Assembly (NCBI GenBank): GCA_951406725.2
Contig: OX597825.1
Span: forward strand, 15,686,001-15,750,000
Length of the DNA stretch: 64,000 bases
From: Octopus vulgaris
Taxonomy: Eukaryota
Direction of reading: 5' to 3'
Position numbers and translations under genes: made by a program. Under the pieces are notes generated by a model, which saw only the letters and a list, made by a program, of their open reading frames with translations, did no database searches and was not told the origin of the DNA. This document shows, piece by piece, positions 42,090 to 54,968 of the stretch. Position 1 is the stretch's first letter, and the number at the start of each line of letters is the position of its first letter.

Positions 42090-42109
42090 CATATATATGT
42101 GTGTGTATG

Positions 42110-42140
<31 letters not shown>

Positions 42141-42230
42141 ATATATGTATATATATATATACATATATATATGTGTGTATATATATATATATACATACAT
42201 ATATATATGTGTATATATATACATATATAT

Positions 42231-42273
<43 letters not shown>

Positions 42274-42302
42274 CATATATACATACATATATACATACAT
42301 AT

Positions 42303-42341
<39 letters not shown>

Positions 42342-42354
42342 TACATATATATAT

Positions 42355-42389
<35 letters not shown>

Positions 42390-42447
42390 CATACGTACAT
42401 ACATATATATATATATATACATACATACACATATATGTATGTGTATG

Positions 42448-42484
<37 letters not shown>

Positions 42485-42490
42485 CCCTAC

Positions 42491-42550
42491 CATTTTCTTT
42501 CTGAACCGGTAGCCAAAATGGTGAGGTGTGAAATGAACTTGTTCAGGAAT
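42491..42550 (-). other. Candidate 60-nt exon
   Basis: Acceptor ttttcttgatgttccAG and donor atg|GTaggg; open in two frames ([20 protein letters not shown] or [19 protein letters not shown]); product not recognised. Confidence 0.3.
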
Positions 42551-42802
42551 CTGGAACATCAAGAAAATTTGAGATTCAGAGACGGGCTGCGTGGAACGTG
42601 ATGATAACGAAGACGACAGCGTAGGCGGCGGCTGCGGCGACATCAACGACAACAACAACGGCGAGGATGATGATGATGCATACACTCACACACTAATATA
42701 TACATGTGTGTGTATACAGACACACACACAAACGCTCGCACAAAACACAGACAGACAGATAGATATATACATACATAAATACATACATACATACATACAT
42801 AT

Positions 42803-42835
<33 letters not shown>

Positions 42836-42846
42836 TACATAAATAC

Positions 42847-42893
<47 letters not shown>

Positions 42894-43303
42894 TATATAC
42901 ATATACATATATATACATATATATATACTTATATATATACATATATATATTCACACACACATATATATATATATACAAATACATATATAAATATAAATAC
43001 GTACATATACTCATACATACATACATACACACTAGACATATGTATACCAATATAAAGGTGTTTAACATATATGTACATATGTCAGAAAGTGATTAAAACA
43101 TTATCTGATGCAGAACTCTATACAGAATACGAAGTCAAATAAACACATCTTATATTATAAATTCAGAGAGTAACTCGTAAGTTTCACCCGGCTGATTCGA
43201 TAGGACTGTGAATGTGGAAAATGATGTTTCTATTACTTTAATATTGTGCAGCATACAAGGAATTTATTAATTTTGTTAAAGGTGCTTAAAGAAAGCCAAC
43301 GAG

Positions 43304-43445
43304 TGAAGGCGCGTGACCTAGTGGTTAGGCTGTCGCGCTCACGATTGCCAGGTTGTGGGTTCGATTCCCAGACCGGGCGGTGCGTTGCGTTGCGTTGTGT
43401 TGTTGAGCAAAACACTTCATTTCATGTTCGTCCACTCCTCGCTTT
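43304..43445 (+). mobile_element. tRNA-derived SINE family C head
   Basis: ggcgcgtgacctagtggttagg...gggttcgattccc...ttgagcaaaacacttcatttca; related pieces at ~29290-29460 (+), ~10860-11000 (-) and ~63640-63730 (-). Confidence 0.8.
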
Positions 43446-43749
43446 CGATCAATTGGTGGGTGGAATGTTGGTCTGCTCGCCTAGCCAGCGGGATTGTCTT
43501 GATACGAAGTTACTGTTTACCGTATATGTGTGTGTGTGTGTCAGTATTTATGTGTGTAGGTGTATATACTGATAGCAGGTGAAAGTTACTAAGACGATAC
43601 TAAAAGATTGTAAAACTGCGATGATGATTGCAGAAGCAGTATCTTACTTTTAAAGTAACATACAAATATATACATATATATATATATATATATACGTTTA
43701 AATATTTATTGGCTAAACTGGCATTATGACCATTTCGAAATATAGCAAC

Positions 43750-43833
<84 letters not shown>

Positions 43834-43936
43834 TGTGTATATATGGTATATATATATATATATATATGTATATAAATATATATGTATATATATGTATATA
43901 TGTATATGTATATATATGTATATATATATATGTATA

Positions 43937-44045
<109 letters not shown>

Positions 44046-44525
44046 GTATATATATATATATGTTATATATATATATGTATATGTATATATGTATATACAC
44101 ACACGCACACACACATATATATATATATAATATATATATATATATATACATTTTAAAGAGAATATCCACGATATTTTATTAAAGTATATGTTGTCATTTA
44201 ATATGTGGCTGAAAGTAAACGAACATTTGACGTATATCCATATATGAACGCACGTACATATGTACTCGCACGTGTTTGTTCAAATTTTGATACGAGGTCA
44301 GCAATTTCGCGAAAGAGTTGAAGTCGATCAGATCGACACCCGGTTCTCAATTCAATCAACCCTGAAAGGGTAAAAGGTGAAGTCGACCACGCCCGGAATT
44401 TGAACTTAGAATGTGAAGACGGACGAAATGCCGTTAAGTATTTTTGCCCTGCATGCTAACGATTCTGCCAGCTCGCCACCTTCATATACTCGTACATATT
44501 GGCATACACATTTGTACACACACAC

Positions 44526-44575
<50 letters not shown>

Positions 44576-44578
<3 letters not shown>

Positions 44579-44939
44579 AATTGAGTAGTTGAATGAATTA
44601 TCTTATTATAGAGAATTCGGTTAACCGATACCTGGGTAGCAAATTCACGTCAGAAAAACACGGTTGAAGCTACATGCCTAGGGCAGAGATCCCGTGCTAT
44701 CGTGTGGAAATTTGTGCGTTTCTTTAAATACAAATAAATGAAAGAATGGAGTTGAACGACGAATTAACAAAATTCCTTTATTTTCGACATATGTTTCGAA
44801 GGCTGCATATTCCTAATTTCAAAGGAATAAGCGGTGCATTATGTCGCCTTCTCATCAGGAAAAACAAGGAACTTATGTCAGCATCAAGATGCACAAAAAC
44901 TTTTAGATGACTGTCCACACGGAGCCCATAGCGATAATA
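44576..44939 (-). mobile_element. ~360-bp HHR-bearing island inserted in (TA)n
   Basis: Unique sequence between two TA tracts, containing a canonical HHR followed by AATAAA. Confidence 0.75.
44781..44863 (-). ncRNA. Canonical type I hammerhead ribozyme
   Basis: TTTTC-CTGATGA-GAAGGC...GCCTTC-GAAAC-ATAT-GTC-GAAAA; all core nucleotides present, 5-bp stem I, extended stem II, palindromic stem III ACATATGT, GUC site. Confidence 0.92.
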
Positions 44940-45068
44940 TATATATATATATATATATATATAAGTTCAGTAAAATTTAGATTCAAATGAATATGGTACT
45001 TAAGTTAGATGCACCAGAATTTTGTATGGTGTTGTATGGTGTTCTCCATATAAATCCATGGGGTGATT

Positions 45069-45120
45069 ATAATCAAAATAAGCAACAAAATTACCGAAGA
45101 TATTCTTGTTGCTTATTTTG

Positions 45121-45124
<4 letters not shown>
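45069..45124. repeat. 20-bp inverted repeat at an island end
   Basis: ataatcaaaataagcaacaa and ttgttgcttattttgattat, abutting (TA)n. Confidence 0.85.
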
Positions 45125-45179
<55 letters not shown>

Positions 45180-45497
45180 CATGCATACATATATATATAT
45201 ATATATATACATATATATATTTATACATGCATACATATATATATAATATATATATTTTATATATATATTTATACATGCATATATATATATATTTATATAT
45301 ATATATTTATACATGCATACAATATATATATATATATATATATATACATACATGTGTGTGTATATATTAAATATATATGTATATACACATGCAAAATATA
45401 CATGTATTTTAATACATGTGTACATATCCGTACTGGTATATATAACTTTTATGTTCGCTTACATATGTATGCATACACATCCCCCTCGGTCTGTCTA

Positions 45498-45538
<41 letters not shown>

Positions 45539-45605
45539 ATATATATATATATACATATATATATATACCCACACACAGATTGATAGCTAGATATGCCTGT
45601 ATATG

Positions 45606-45637
<32 letters not shown>

Positions 45638-46351
45638 CGCACGCACATACACACACGCATATATACATACATACATGCATACATACATGCATACATTCAT
45701 ATATATATATATATATATATGAATGTATGCATGTATGCACATATACATATATGTGGGGCATATGTTCGTCGTGTATGGGAGTGTGCTTGTGTATGTGCGC
45801 GAGTGTATGCTATCATTTCAATATTTAATAGGTTATCACCAATGTAAGGCATGGCTTTCTTCAGTTAGCTTTTCTCATTTTCTTTATCAATCTAGTATTC
45901 TAGGTATGTTTGAAGTGGAATCTCCTTGGAATTTCAATTATAACAGTCACGAAGGGAACCAACAGTAATATAGCAAAGCATTAAAAAAATATACGATATC
46001 ACGATATATGGGCTTTCACGTATAAGCAACCATACGAACACATACACATACCTACCTACACACACACATACATGAATATATGTATACATGCATTCATATA
46101 TATATATATATGTATATATACTTATTACTGTGGCGACCAGACCATCAGCTCTTATTGTACACTGCTGTTCTCAATACGCTTCCAATTCTGTGTCTTGATT
46201 GCGCCATTATTTTCCATCTTGTCCCAAATAGCGCCATTTAATCATAATCACATCGTCGTGAAGGCCTTCCAAGGATTCCTTGGACACAACTCGCCAACTG
46301 CGCAGTGGGGTCCACTTGATGTCTGTGAGCCTTGTGACATGTCTGCCCTAG

Positions 46352-46386
<35 letters not shown>

Positions 46387-46388
<2 letters not shown>

Positions 46389-46612
46389 AAGAACTTATAA
46401 ACAAGGGCAAAAGAAAAGTTAATTCAATACCAATATGCTGAGAACAGACTTTAAATCGTCAATTTACACATTACAATATACATTGCAATGTATAAATTGA
46501 CGATATACATGTACTACACACCTACACGTGCACATTGTAATGACGATTTAAAGTCTGTTCTCAGCATATTTGTATTGAATTAACTTTTTTGCCCTTGTTT
46601 ATAAGTTCTTTA
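46387..46612. repeat. ~73-bp inverted repeat in an island between TA tracts
   Basis: 46387-46460 versus 46541-46612; the spacer shares tactacacacctacacgtgcac with ~47085. Confidence 0.92.
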
Positions 46613-46695
46613 TAATTTTAACCTTTATAGGTATTTTAATATGCTACCACTTTTGATGGAATTTTTTCTGAAAAAAATTTTTCGTATAATAGTAG

Positions 46696-46842
<147 letters not shown>

Positions 46843-47145
46843 ACATAGCGTTCTGTCCGCTATATCGATTCTACCAATATACTACAGCTTACTTGCTTAT
46901 GACAACCCATCAAAGGTGATGACAGTTTCGATTCAAGACAATCATTTTCCTCCACCTCCGGCACACCGTTTCTCATGACAGTGGACGTGGCTAACAAGAC
47001 CGTTACGAGATAGGCGGATCCTATAGCAATCTATTGCAGATATGTGTATAGACATGTGTGTATATGTGTTTATATATGTATCTGTACTACACACCTACAC
47101 GTGCACGTCTGACGTGTATTTCATGGGAGGGACTGTGTAGATATT

Positions 47146-47550
47146 GCAGGAGTGGCTGTGTGGTAAGTAGCTTGCTAACCAACCACATGGTTCCGGGTTC
47201 AGTCCCACTGCGTGGCATCTTGGGCAAGTGTCCTCTGCTATAGCTCCGAGTCGACCAATGCCTTGTGAGTGGATTTGGTAGACGGAAACTGAAAGAAGCC
47301 TGTCGTATATATGTATATATATATATATGTATATATGTGTTTGTGTGTCTGTGTTTGTTCCCCTAGCATTGCTTGACAACCGATGCTGGTGTGTTTACGT
47401 CCCCGTCACTTAGCGGTTCGGCAAAAAGAGACCGATAGAATAAGTACTGGGCTTACAAAAGAATAAGTCCCGGTTTCGAGTTGCTCGATTAAAGGCGGTG
47501 CTCCAGCATGGCCGCAGTCAAATGACTGAAACAAGTAAAAGAGTAAAAGA
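47146..47550 (+). mobile_element. SINE family B, full-length
   Basis: Matches the family consensus end to end. Confidence 0.93.
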
Positions 47551-47841
47551 GAGAGAGAGAGAGTTCATATATCGGAAACTTCAGTTTATCACAGAAGCCT
47601 CTCCAGTGAAACTTTCATTTATCTCACAAGTTTGAATGTATTGGACCGGATACAAATGCAACACGTGAGTATTCCAAAATTTAGATGCAGCAAAATCACT
47701 TCTCATTCGTTGCTATAAAACGTATAATTATTACTGATTGGAGTAATCTTAAAAACTTACAAAACACCCATAATTTCATAATGAGCAACAATGGATGTTT
47801 ACCGATATGGATATGTGTGTGTGCGTGTGTGTGCATGTGTG

Positions 47842-47880
<39 letters not shown>

Positions 47881-48349
47881 CTATAAATACGTGTTCCTAT
47901 CACTTTTCTGGGTTCCTATCATTTTTTCTGCGACACCTTGAACAATTTTCTTCTTCTATTGGCCCCGACTTGACCATTGCCTCGTGAGAGGGGTTGGCAG
48001 GCGGAAACTGAAAGAAGCCCGTTGTGTATATGTTCTTATATTTGTTTCAGTCATTTGACTGACCATGCTGGAGCACCGCCTTGAGAGATTTTAGTCGAAT
48101 GAATCGACCCAGCACTTATTTTTTAAGCTTAGTACTTATCCTATCGGTATCTTTTGCCGAACTGATAAGTTATGGGGGACGTAAATACACCAACACCACT
48201 TGTCAAGCGGTGTGAGCCACAGTCTAATGACTTAATCAACCAAAAGATATAAGAAATTATGTGTATACATAATTATGCATATGTGTGTGCGCGTGTATGC
48301 GTATGGTTGTGTGAGCGCATGCGTATATATATATATATATATATATATA

Positions 48350-48352
48350 GAT

Positions 48353-48397
<45 letters not shown>

Positions 48398-48503
48398 CAG
48401 ATAAGTAGGTAGGTAGGTAGGTAGGTAGGTAGGTAGGTAGGCAGGTAGGAAGGTGGGTAGGTAAGTAGGTAGGTAGATAGATACATGCCTACATACATAC
48501 GTG

Positions 48504-48588
<85 letters not shown>
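48350..48588. repeat. (GATA)n/(GGTA)n compound microsatellite
   Basis: Direct reading. Confidence 0.97.
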
Positions 48589-49066
48589 TGTTTGTGATTG
48601 CAGTGAGGTTGTGTACGTAGAGGGAACCAAATGTTTTCGTGCGACTCTAATACTTGCATTATTTAACAGTATTTTTTTTTTTTCTTTAACTTTGCAATTT
48701 CTTTGCTTGTTCCCGCTTCCAAGAAGGAAACCTTTTCTTAAATGTCTTAAAACATCTGGTGCTCAGCAGTCTTCTTCTTCTTCTTCTGTTATAGGATTAT
48801 AATACCTTGTTACAGAGATGATAAATTAAGAAGAAGAAAAAAAATGAATCTTGTTTAAGAATTCCCTTTCCTTAGTCAGTTATGTACTTTTGCTTTCTTT
48901 TGGTTTTTTTGTCCATAAAGCGGATGGATGTAATCTTGTTATTAGTATAAATGATTCAACAGTATGCTCATAAAAGTACAAAATAAAGGAAGAAACACTG
49001 ACGCGAACATTTGCACATATGCTACCATATGCACGTGTGTAGGCTTGTATGAGAGTCTATATGCAT

Positions 49067-49185
<119 letters not shown>

Positions 49186-49219
49186 TTTATATATATATAT
49201 TTATATATATATATACATA

Positions 49220-49296
<77 letters not shown>

Positions 49297-49411
49297 ACAT
49301 ATATTTATATATATATATGAGTACATGCATTTATGTATGTATATAGATAGGTTAATAGATAGACGTCTATGTATATATACATGTATGTACATGCATAAGC
49401 ATCCGTCTGTT

Positions 49412-49450
<39 letters not shown>

Positions 49451-49462
49451 CTATGTGTACAT

Positions 49463-49496
<34 letters not shown>

Positions 49497-50112
49497 ATGT
49501 GCGTGTACATATATATATGTATACATATATATGTGTGTGTGTGTAAATATATATATATATATATATCGATGTGTATGTATATATATAGAGAGAGAGGGGG
49601 GAGAGAGGGAGAGAGAGAGCTGTCTATGAATATATACACATGCATACGTATATATCCACATATATATATAAAATCTAGACAAACATATGTACATGTATAT
49701 ATACACAGTATATAGGTATATATATATATATATATATACATACATATGTGCGTGTGGGTTGTATGCGTGTAAATATGTATACATCTGTGTATATATACAC
49801 AGCGATTAAGAAGTTCCTTTAGCATGTAAATGATTTATAAAATTTCCATCTTTTATTGGTTTACAGTGTTTTTCGTTATATATTTTTAGTTGTATATGTG
49901 TTGTTTTATTGGGGAAATCTTTTGACAGATGTGTTCTTTAGATATTTTAGGAAAATATCATCATCGAAATCTCAAAGAAGATACACTTCCCTAAAAAATG
50001 CACGATCTAAGTGTATATAACTAAAGATATAAGTAGATGTATATATAAATATATCTATATATATAAACATATATATATATTATATATGATATATATAATA
50101 TATATTTACATA

Positions 50113-50160
<48 letters not shown>

Positions 50161-50255
50161 CATGTATACATCTATGTATGTATATATATGTATATATATA
50201 TATATATATATATACATATATATATTTTAAATACATATATATATATCTATGTATG

Positions 50256-50286
<31 letters not shown>

Positions 50287-51029
50287 CTATAGTAAATACA
50301 TATATATATATATATATATATACATATATATTGTAAATACATATATATATGTCTATGTATGTATATATATATATATATATATATGGAGGCGTTACGTATA
50401 TGTGTATGTATACATGTATATACCTTCCCCAAACGCCCTCATGCCCTCTTCACACCTACAATATCATCACTTTGCATTTATGCATACATCTTACGCATCT
50501 ATTCTCTAACACACTACTCTCCTACACTTGTACATCTCTAAACATACCCACATGCACCCACCCAAGATGCACCCGTATCTCATTCTACTACACACATCTC
50601 CTCTATGTATATCGCTATACATGGATCCCCTCCTATACATGCACAAACCATCCCACCTCGTTCTTTCTTCTTAACTTTTCCCCATAGAACCATATACCCA
50701 CCCGGCCCCTTTCTGTGTTTCATTCTATCTCTTTCTTCCTACTAACTTTCTGTCTATTCTATTTTCCGTTCTTTCTTTTTTAACCTTCTCATGATGAAAG
50801 ACTAATGTCGGAAACGTCAAATACTTTTTCTTTTCGTTTAAAGTGTTAGACTAATAATACCTTTACTGAAACTTGTCCTCATTTTTCTTCATTTTTTTTG
50901 CTCATTACCAAACATATATACTTTATTATTGCTTGCCGACGGTTTTTCGAAATCAGTGACGGAAGTTACTAGGAAAACACTTAAGTATTTGCATACAGGT
51001 CTTCCTTTTCATCGTAAACCGGTGATTAC

Positions 51030-51074
51030 CGCCCGTTGACAAGAGGCAACTACCTCGAAACTGCGGTCCATGCG
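51030..51074 (+). ncRNA. Type I hammerhead, U3-A8 core variant
   Basis: cgcccg-TTGACAA-GAGG-caacta-CCTC-GAAAC-tgcg-GTC-catgcg; stem I has two mismatches. Confidence 0.72.
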
Positions 51075-51287
51075 TATCACTTAGGCTTACGAGAGAGGGA
51101 TGACCTCCCTTTGCAAATACCATAAGGGCACAGATAGTGTGCCTAAAGCCAGCTGGAGACGATGACCTCCTGGGGCTAAAAGCTACAGTAACACCCACCC
51201 TTTGTGGTTAGCCATATTGAGATGGCTATTATACTTTACGTTGTCGAGCGGTTACTGTTTACATCTCGTTCAGAGATTTATTATTGC

Positions 51288-51322
<35 letters not shown>

Positions 51323-51328
<6 letters not shown>

Positions 51329-51775
51329 TTTATCGCCTTTTGACTATGTTTACGTATTTCTCGATAAATTTTGACCGTTAGACCCTATACCAGAACCCCT
51401 CTGTTTGTCGGGTATGTTCTGCGTCTGCGCAATGATCTGAAAAGTTAGAGAAAGTAAATCAGTAGAGTCGCACATGTTTCTATTGATATGTACTTCTAGA
51501 ATAACAGGTTGCTTACTGAAGAATCTGACCTGAGAAGATAAATTATATTTAATGCTGAAAAAGACGAAACTGCAGTATAAGATGAACCGAGTTTGTAAAC
51601 GTTTTTAATTTTCATTTCACTGAATTTATCCAACTTTTGTGTATCTAGTACTCACTTCTTCTTTTAGAAGCCTTTTAATGTACTTATATATGAATAACAT
51701 ATAGCCTATGGCTAAAATGTCTTTTGTGCTAGATCACCGGCGATAATAATTTATTTTATCGCCTTTCGACTATGT

Positions 51776-51776
<1 letters not shown>
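51323..51776 (+). mobile_element. 426-bp HHR monomer with 28-bp terminal redundancy, in (TA)n
   Basis: atttattttatcgccttt(t/c)gactatgtt at 51323-51350 and 51749-51776; central HHR. Confidence 0.8.
51512..51581 (+). ncRNA. Type I hammerhead ribozyme
   Basis: CTTA-CTGAAGA-aTCT...AGAC-GAAAC-TGCA-GTA-TAAG; palindromic ACTGCAGT; A-C mismatch at 10.1/11.1. Confidence 0.8.
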
Positions 51777-51867
<91 letters not shown>

Positions 51868-52005
51868 AAAAAGTTGAGTTGTGGGGTATCGCACGAGTGG
51901 GATTATATAAGAAAAAAGGTTTGAAAATGCAATTTAAACGATGTTTATTTACTTAACCGGTTTCACTCTTTGGTAAAAGATTGTCAAAAGTTACATTTAA
52001 GGAAA

Positions 52006-52233
52006 CATTGAATAATATGGGTTCAAAAAAAGTTTTTTACATAATTGTCACATTGAATATTATGCATTCAAAAAAGTTTTTTACATAATTGTCACATTGG
52101 ATATTATGGGTTCAAAAAAGTTTTTTACATAATTGTCACATTGGATATTATGAATTCAAAAATGTTTTTTACATAATTGTCACATTGGATATTATGAATT
52201 CAAAAATGTTTTTTTATACATAATTGTCACATT
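52006..52233. repeat. 44-bp minisatellite, about 5 units (mirrored at ~53082-53308)
   Basis: acataattgtcac recurs at 52039, 52083, 52127, 52171 and 52218. Confidence 0.95.
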
Positions 52234-52650
52234 ATTTGGGAAAATTTGGCAGAAAAAGGATAAAACAAATATATTATTGGGAATTGGTTGCGTTAATTAT
52301 TGGTTGTCGCAAATTGTCACATTACATGTATATATATACAATCTTTGGTATATATATACAGCGTTTTGACAGCAAAAATTAAAATGGCTTTTTTGTACAT
52401 CTCAGAATATTTTAAGTATGTTTTTACTGACCTGTCAGTATTAGCAGAAAGGCTGAACTGAGAGAACAGAAGAAGTAGCCAATGTGGTGTATACTTCCCC
52501 TTTATGCATGAATGATTTTGGGGTTATCAGGAGGTTAGTATGCAGGTGTGAATAGATGTGTCCGTGCCTGCTGGTCAGACAGCATCTGTTTGTCACACAC
52601 ATATATATACACACAAACACACACACACACAACAACACACACACACACAC

Positions 52651-52703
<53 letters not shown>

Positions 52704-53322
52704 TGTGTATATATATGTGTGTGACAAACAGATGCTGTCTGACCAGCAGGCACGGACACATCTATTCACACCTGTATACTAACCTCCTGATAACCCCAAA
52801 ATCATTCATGCATAAAGGGGAAGTATACACCACATTGGCTACTTCTTCTGTTCTCTCAGTTCAGCCTTTCTGCTAATACTGACAGGTCAGTAAAAACATA
52901 CTTAAAATATTCTGAGATGTACAAAAAAGCCATTTTAATTTTTGCTGTCAAAACGCTGTATATATATACCAAAGATTGTATATATATACATGTAATGTGA
53001 CAATTTGCGACAACCAATAATTAACGCAACCAATTCCCAATAATATATTTGTTTTATCCTTTTCTGCCAAATTTTCCCAAATAATGTGACAATTATGTAT
53101 AAAAACATTTTTGAATTCATAATATCCAATGTGACAATTATGTAAAAAACATTTTTGAATTCATAATATCCAATGTGACAATTATGTAAAAAACTTTTTT
53201 TGAACCCATAATATCCAATGTGACAATTATGTAAAAAAACTTTTTGAATGCATAATATTCAATGTGACAATTATGTAAAAAACTTTTTTGAACCCATATT
53301 ATTCAATGTTTCCTTAAATGTA

Positions 53323-53363
53323 ACTTTTGACAATCTTTTACCAAAGAGTGAAACCGGTTAAGT
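53323..53363 (+). ncRNA. Hammerhead-like motif with U3-A8 core (mirror copy at 51951-51991, minus)
   Basis: ACTT-TTGACAA-TCTTT-tacc-AAAGA-gt-GAAA-CCGG-TT-AAGT-AAATAAA; two extra nucleotides before GAAA. Confidence 0.62.
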
Positions 53364-53402
53364 AAATAAACATCGTTTAAATTGCATTTTCAAACCTTTT
53401 TC

Positions 53403-53439
<37 letters not shown>

Positions 53440-53498
53440 AGTGTGTGTGTGTGTCTGTACATATATATGCTACACACGCAGATACATATATTTATATA

Positions 53499-53530
<32 letters not shown>

Positions 53531-53585
53531 AAGAGAGAGAGAGAGAGAGAGAGAGATAAATAATATATATATATATATATATACA

Positions 53586-53775
53586 GGCGCAGGAGTGGCT
53601 GTGTGGTAAGTAGCTTGCTTACCAACCACATGGTTCCAGGTTCCGTTCCACTGCGTGGGGAAGTGTCTTCTTCTATAGCCTCGGGGCAACCAAAACCTTG
53701 TGAGTTGATTTGGTAGACGGAAACTGAAAGAAGACCGTCGTATATGTGTGTGTGTGTATCTATATAGGTATGTGT
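53586..53775 (+). mobile_element. SINE family B, 5' half
   Basis: ggcgcaggagtggctgtgtgg... ending at the internal microsatellite. Confidence 0.88.
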
Positions 53776-53840
53776 GTGTGTGCGTGTTCCTTATATTGTT
53801 CCATGGATTCTTTCAATTGACAGAGAGAGTGCGATCAGCT

Positions 53841-53880
53841 TCTTAGCTAATTTCAGTCTTTATTGCACTCTCATCAGTAT
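53841..53880 (-). ncRNA. Degenerate hammerhead-like motif
   Basis: CTGATGA-gAGT-gcaataaag-ACT-GAAA-TTAGCTAA; NUH triplet and stem I lost. Confidence 0.4.
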
Positions 53881-54258
53881 CTATCTACTTTTCCCCAACT
53901 GTGCCCGTTTACAATGCTTTTATAACTACTATTATTTAATTCGTTATTAAATCGGGTACATCTGTATTCATATAGATCGATTAATAAATTATCTATCCGT
54001 TATTAGTGTGGCTATAATGTATTACATATTAGACCTATAGATTTCAGCAGACATGGCGTGTGTAAATTAATTAAACTCCATTAATTAAAATTAAATACAA
54101 TTAAATGCACTATATGCTGTGAGATTAAATAAAGCAACGATGGTTGTTTATGACTGTCTAGTATAATTAATTTAATCACAATGTTGCCTGAATTCAATAC
54201 ACTTAGTGTTCGGTGATTCATTAGAAGAAAAAAAACAAAGACTTGTAATGCATCAGTA

Positions 54259-54294
<36 letters not shown>

Positions 54295-54333
54295 GTGTGT
54301 GAGTGTCTTTTAACGCTTCAGTTATATTATATA

Positions 54334-54968
54334 CAGGATGCGTTGCGTAAAGTGTCGCCAATTTTTATTTTTAATTTCGCGCACGTGCGTTGTTTGTTTT
54401 TGATTTTTGTCGACTACACAATATAGTAGGGTCGGTTGAGCATCGTTTGTGAGAAACGCAACACCATGGCGCAATTCATTCTGACAGAAATTCGGAAACA
54501 TGCTTTAGTGCTTGGGTGTTAATCTGAGGACAGTACAGCAGATTCGGAAAGAGTTGGATAAGTCTAATGACGATTACAAAAGTACGGCAACTCGGAAAAC
54601 TCACTCTGATTGTTCTCATAAGAAAAGAACTCCTGAATTTGTTGTAAGATCCAAGCTCTGATTGACAACGATCCCTCCAAATCAAGCAAGTTCATCTCCA
54701 GGGACGTGCGGGTGTCTGAGTTTCTTATCAGGCAAGGAGTGCATGAAGACATTCGTTATTCCTTAATTGAGATAAGAAAGGGCCAGTTTTTTATTCCAAG
54801 CCATCAAGGACAAGAGCAAAGACCGCGCGACGAAGCTTTTGAAGAAACTCATGCTTCCCCTCCAACTGAACATGCTTGGTTTTTCTCAAACGAGAAAAAT
54901 GTCTGCCAGGATCATAGTGTAAACACACAGAACAACTGTTGGCTTGTTGTATCCCCGAAATATGTACC
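54334..54968 (+). mobile_element. Tc1/mariner (maT/DD37D-like) transposon 5' remnant
   Basis: TA|CAGG terminus; frameshifted translation CLGVNLRTVQQIRKEL...KKRTPEFV..IQALIDNDPSKS...VSEFLIRQGVHEDIRY...WFFSNEKNVCQD...NTQNNCWL; truncated by a SINE array. Confidence 0.85.

Larger units (their letters stand above)
51905..53408. repeat. ~1.5-kb spacer-less palindrome centred at 52652/52653
   Basis: Arms of ~750 bp are near-identical reverse complements; the centre is (CA)n-TA-(TG)n. Confidence 0.97.

Noticed and set aside
43304-43375. Possible functional tRNA genes (here and at other SINE heads)
   Set aside because: A and B boxes are present but the cloverleaf is imperfect and continues into SINE bodies
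46915-46960. Minus-strand GATT-loop-AATC-GAAAC-T-GTC resembling an HHR 3' half
   Set aside because: No CUGANGA box upstream
52441-52876. Mirror-image 106-aa ORFs on both strands
   Set aside because: By-product of the palindrome and its central (CA)/(TG) tract
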